From Octopus sinensis (lineage: Eukaryota), in assembly GCF_006345805.1 (NCBI RefSeq), contig NW_021827053.1:1-11755 (forward strand): DNA of 11,755 bases, written 5' to 3'. Below, piece after piece: positions 7,604-11,755 of the stretch; within the stretch, counting starts at the first letter, position 1, and the number at the start of each line of letters is the position of its first letter. The notes under the pieces are model-generated. The model was given only the letters and a program-made list of their open reading frames with translations, was not told the DNA's origin and searched no databases. The translations under genes and the position numbers were made by a program.

Positions 7604-8025
7604 TATTATTATATCAAAGAAGAAAAAGAAAATGATTGAGAAGTTAATAATTGTTTATAATTAACATCAAATTAATCATCTTTCCTTACAGCTGTTTCAA
7701 TTAATTCTGAGTAATTACTAAATTTATATTTATTTGACCTGAGCTTATCTTCAGAGGAGGGAAAAAATACCCTTGGATGTTTTATATGTATTTACAGATT
7801 CATCATAGCAGACTGAATGATAAACACATATAATTTTGCCCATTAGTATACCTAAAAAATACACTAGTTGTGAGATAAGACTATTATTGTTATTCTCTTG
7901 AATTCTTTTGTGGTTTTGCCCATTAATTTGTCTGCAATGTGACTATTTATTTATTGAGCTCAGGAGCCCAGGTGGAGGGTAAACTTAGGCACAGAGGCCC
8001 AGGGCTAAAGGTTTAAAATGAACAT

Positions 8026-8437
8026 AGGCGCAGGAGTGGCTGTGTGGTAAGTAGCTTGCTTACCAACCACATGGTTCCGGGTTCAGTCCCACTATGTGGC
8101 ACCTTGGGCAAGTGTCTTCTACTATAGCCTCGGGCCGACCAAAGCCTTGTGAGTGGATTTGGTAGACGGAAACTGAAAGAAGCCCGTTGTATATATGTGT
8201 ATATATATATATATATATAATATATTATATATGCGTGTGTGTGTATGTGTTTGTCCCCCTAGCATTGCTTGACAACCGATGCTGGTGTGTTTGTGTCCCC
8301 CGTCACTTAGCGGTTCGGTAAAAAGAGACCGATAGAATAAGTACTGGGCTTACAAAGAATATGTCCCGGGATCAAGTTGCTCGACTAAAGGCAGTGCTCC
8401 AGCATGGCCGCAGTCAAATGACTGAAACAAGTAAAAG
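8026..8437 (+). mobile_element. Full-length family B SINE: tRNA-like head, CORE-like CCTTGGGCAAG block, internal microsatellite, tail
   Basis: Starts AGGCGCAGGAGTGGCTGTGTGGTAAG with a B-box-like GGTTCAGTCCC. An internal (TA/TG)n tract occupies 8190-8247. Confidence 0.93.
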
Positions 8438-8879
8438 CTTCATGAATGTCTCATTTCTTCCGGCACGAGGGCTATAGTTGTTGTACACATGCCTATGAAA
8501 TACTCAACCACAAATATGTTAATTTAGCAACTATGTACTTCAGCTAATGGGGCAACCGAATGCTAGTCATCGAAACTGATGGAGAACCCATGTACTGGAA
8601 CCCTATACACTCAGAAATAGGCTGTTTTCTTTCCTCACGCATGAAAGTTTGCAAACGCGAGTCCCATTGAGGAACCCATTGGTATTCCTTTTAAGGCTAT
8701 GAATAGATTGTTAATTGTATGTATGTATGATGTGTGTATGTATGTATGAATGACTGTTTGGGTGCATACACGTGTGTGTTTGTGTTTGGTGGGGAAGGGA
8801 AGACGTCGTAGAAGAAGTTCAATGCTGTAAACGATACTTTACGTTTCTACCCCAAATATAACCATAACAGCAAGTACAC

Positions 8880-8937
8880 ATTATTATTATTTGTAATAGC
8901 AGTAGTATTAGTAGTAGTAGTAGTAGCAGTAGCAGTC

Positions 8938-8974
<37 letters not shown>

Positions 8975-9058
8975 CAGTAGTAGTACTAGTAGTAGTAGTA
9001 GTACTTGTAGTAATAGCAGTAGTAGTTGCTGCTGTTGTTGTCATCGTTGTTGTTGTTC
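8880..9058. repeat. (TTA)/(GTA)/(GTT) trinucleotide microsatellite
   Basis: Direct reading of the sequence. Confidence 0.96.
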
Positions 9059-9289
9059 TGTTTAACGGTCGTCGTGAAATTGTTTACCTGGTGGTGGCAA
9101 CACCCATCCGAAATCCCTCACCACACACACCATCATGCGTACACCACCACACACCCTCAACAGTGCCTGCTACCCTTCCCTTCCCTCCCCCCCCGCGTGC
9201 ACCACCGCCCCCGCTCCCACGCTCATGCACCCACACCCACAATGTGGTGGGGACGGGTGCGGGGGGTGGTGCAGTGTAATCAAATTTCC

Positions 9290-9302
9290 GTTGCCTAGTA
9301 AC
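9290..9302. promoter_or_regulatory. Candidate RFX X-box motif
   Basis: GTTGCCTAGTAAC fits the consensus GTNRCC-N(0-3)-RGYAAC with a 1-nt spacer and lies in a short unique GC-rich island. Motif match only. Confidence 0.3.
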
Positions 9303-9334
9303 TGGCTGCACTTTGCTTGTTAATGGATTCATGC

Positions 9335-9846
9335 GTGTTGTTGTTTTGGTGGTGGTGGTTATGGCAGTAGTGGCAATGGTGGGGGTGGTGGTGGCTGTGG
9401 GGGAGGGGTGATGGTAGCGGTGGTAGTTGTGTGATGATGGTGGCGGAGGTGGGGTGGGGTGGTCATGACAGTGGTGGTGGTGGGGGGGTAGTATTGGTGG
9501 TGGTGGTCATGACAGTGGTGGTGGTAGGTGTGGTGGTGGTAGTGGTGGCTGTTGATCTTGTTATAGAAATATTAACAATATTTGTGATGATGATGATGAT
9601 GAGGATGGGGAGGACAAGCATGATGAGGATGATAGTGGTAATAATGAAGATACAGACGACGATGATGATGATGAGGAGGAGGAGGAGGAGGGTTATGAAG
9701 ATGATGACAAGAAAATGATGATCGTGGTGATAACAGCGATGATGAAGACAACAACGATGACGGCGATTGTGGTGGTAGGGGCGGTGTGGGTGGAGGTGGT
9801 GATGAATGTGGTAATGACTTCCGTCAATTGGCGATAAAAACGATGG

Positions 9847-9877
<31 letters not shown>

Positions 9878-9915
9878 GATGGTGATGATGATGATGGTTA
9901 TGATGATGGTGATGG

Positions 9916-9946
<31 letters not shown>

Positions 9947-9996
9947 GATGGTGATGATGATGATGGTTATGATGATGGTGATGGTGATGATGATGG

Positions 9997-10027
<31 letters not shown>

Positions 10028-10090
10028 GATGGTGGTGGTGGTGATGATGATGATGATGTTGGTGATGGTGATGATGATGGTGGTGGTGGA
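9335..10090. repeat. Degenerate (GGT)n/(GAT)n compound microsatellite
   Basis: Direct reading. It accounts for the poly-M/V/D/G/H ORFs. Confidence 0.95.
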
Positions 10091-10419
10091 GGTATTAAGA
10101 GAGAGAGACGTGGGGGCGTGTGTGTGTCTCTTATCTGTGTTTAGTCATTTACAAAACCCTGTTAGTGCATACCTACAGGGTGAAATAAGGGTGGAGTTGG
10201 GTGGCAGCTGACTGATCGGGTGTGGTGGCTCTTGAATGAAGCAGGGACCAGAATGGGGGGTGGGTGGAGGTGGAGGTGGAGAGGCAAAGTATAAGACAGT
10301 GGGGAGGGAGTGCATGGGGGTGAGAGGATTTAAAGGAACCATAGGGGTGGAATATGGGTAGCGATATGTTTTACACAAATTTCCTGTGTTGTGGAGTTTG
10401 TGGAGATATTCATTTACAT

Positions 10420-11012
10420 ACATGTACGGTTCATATATATGTATGCGCATGTATGTATACACATATGTATATATGAATGTATACGTAGACACAAATGCAT
10501 TTATATGCATATATACACATATATATACATATATGTGCACATATATCTTTCTATCTCATATATATATATAGATATATATACACCCACACACATATACAAA
10601 TACATACATATATATATATATGTGTGTGTGTGTATATATATGTATGTATGTGCACACAGAAATCTATCTACATACATAGAGATTCATCTATATACACACA
10701 CATACATTTGTATATGTATATTATCATTATCATCATCATCGTTTAGCGTCCGCTTAAACGATGATGATGAGGATAATATACATATACACACATATATATA
10801 TCTGTGTGCAATATTCATATATATATATATACACATGTACATCTATGTGAATGTGTGTGTATATATATATATATATATATTATATATATTTGAAACATAT
10901 GCGTAACAATATTGCATGTACAGTAATATGTGTATATAGATAGAAAGAGAGATATATAGAAAATAGATGGATAGATATGTATATATATATATATATGTAC
11001 ATATATATATAT
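10420..11012. repeat. Degenerate (TA/CA/TG)n microsatellite field
   Basis: Direct reading of the sequence. Confidence 0.95.
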
Positions 11013-11390
11013 AGGCGCAGGAGTGGCTGTGTGGTAAGTAGCTTGCTAACGAACCACATGGTTCCAGGTTCAGTCCCACTGCGTGGCATCTTGGGCAAGT
11101 GTTTTCTGCTATAGCCCCGGGCCGATCAATGCCTTGTGAGTGGATTTGGTAGACGGAAACTGAAAGAAGCCTGTCATATATATATAGTTGTATGTATGTG
11201 TTCTGTGTTTGTCCCCCTAGCATTGCTTGACAACCGATGCTGGTGTGTTTGACGTCCCTCACTTAGCGGTTCGGCAAAAGAGACCGATAGAATAAGTACT
11301 GGGCTTACAAAAGAATAAGTTGCTCGACTAAAGGCGGTGCTCCAGCATGGCCGCAGTCAAATGACTGAAACAAGTAAAAGAGTAAAAGAG
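11013..11390 (+). mobile_element. Full-length family B SINE with a 13-nt internal deletion
   Basis: Head 11013-11175, TA/TG tract, tail to 11390. Relative to the copy at 6468-6688 it lacks CCCGGGGTCGAGT after 11320. Confidence 0.93.
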
Positions 11391-11588
11391 TATATATATA
11401 TATATATGCACACACAACACACACATATATGAGTATATATATATATATATACATAAACATTCATTTTTTTACGCTTGTATGTGTGTGTGTTTCCTTGTTC
11501 TAGTTTCAGTTTTCAAATTTCTCATGCTTCTACACACACACACACACACACACATATGCATATATATATATATATATACACATATATA

Positions 11589-11740
11589 CGACAGGCTTCT
11601 TTCAGTTTCCGTGTACCAAATCAACTCATAAAGCTTTGGTTGGCCCGAGACTATAGTAAAAGACACTTGCCAAAGGTGCCACGAAGTGGGACTGAACACA
11701 GAACCATGTGGTTGGAAGCAAGCTACTACCTCACAGCCAC
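11589..11740 (-). mobile_element. Family B SINE head only, more diverged
   Basis: Reverse complement of 11023-11175 with scattered substitutions. (TA/CA)n lies on both sides. Confidence 0.9.
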
Positions 11741-11755
11741 ACACATATATATATG

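Noticed and set aside
7604-8025. Possible microexons after TTCCTTACAG (about 7690) and CTCAG (about 7963)
   Set aside because: The splice-like words are weak and expected by chance in AT-rich DNA, and there is no coding signal.
8545-8565. CTAATGGGGCAACCGAAT resembling a hammerhead core
   Set aside because: It has three substitutions at invariant core positions and no supporting helix I, so chance is sufficient.
9431-10211. Acidic Asp/Glu/Gly-rich reading frame suggestive of a biomineralisation or disordered protein
   Set aside because: It is a decayed (GAT/GGT)n tract. The D/E frame shifts near 9715, has stops just upstream, and has no start or convincing splice sites.
10386-11098. ORFs up to 171 aa
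   Set aside because: They are translations of TA/CA microsatellite and SINE sequence.

Overview
Repeat-dense, AT-rich eukaryotic non-coding DNA, probably intronic or intergenic. The SINE families and the extreme (TA)n/(GAT)n microsatellite load look like an octopus (coleoid cephalopod) genome; this is recognition from memory, not a database result. No intact protein-coding gene is supported, and the ORF track mostly reflects microsatellites and SINE copies. Real content: about 12 full or partial tRNA-derived SINE copies from three families, two of them with clear 12-bp target-site duplications (TSDs); the decayed 3' end of a restriction-like-endonuclease LINE with a (TAA)n tail; a mariner-derived MITE; and a six-copy tandem array of a TTAA-flanked piggyBac-type MITE, one unit of which carries a clean 34-bp inversion. 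The best finding is a ~160-bp fold-back at 391-552. Its arms contain a minimal type I hammerhead ribozyme motif of the kind known from Penelope-like retroelements, and a second, degenerate hammerhead of different sequence lies at 694-729. I see no evidence for a wholly new protein-based system; the interesting signals are RNA-structural or transposon-architectural.
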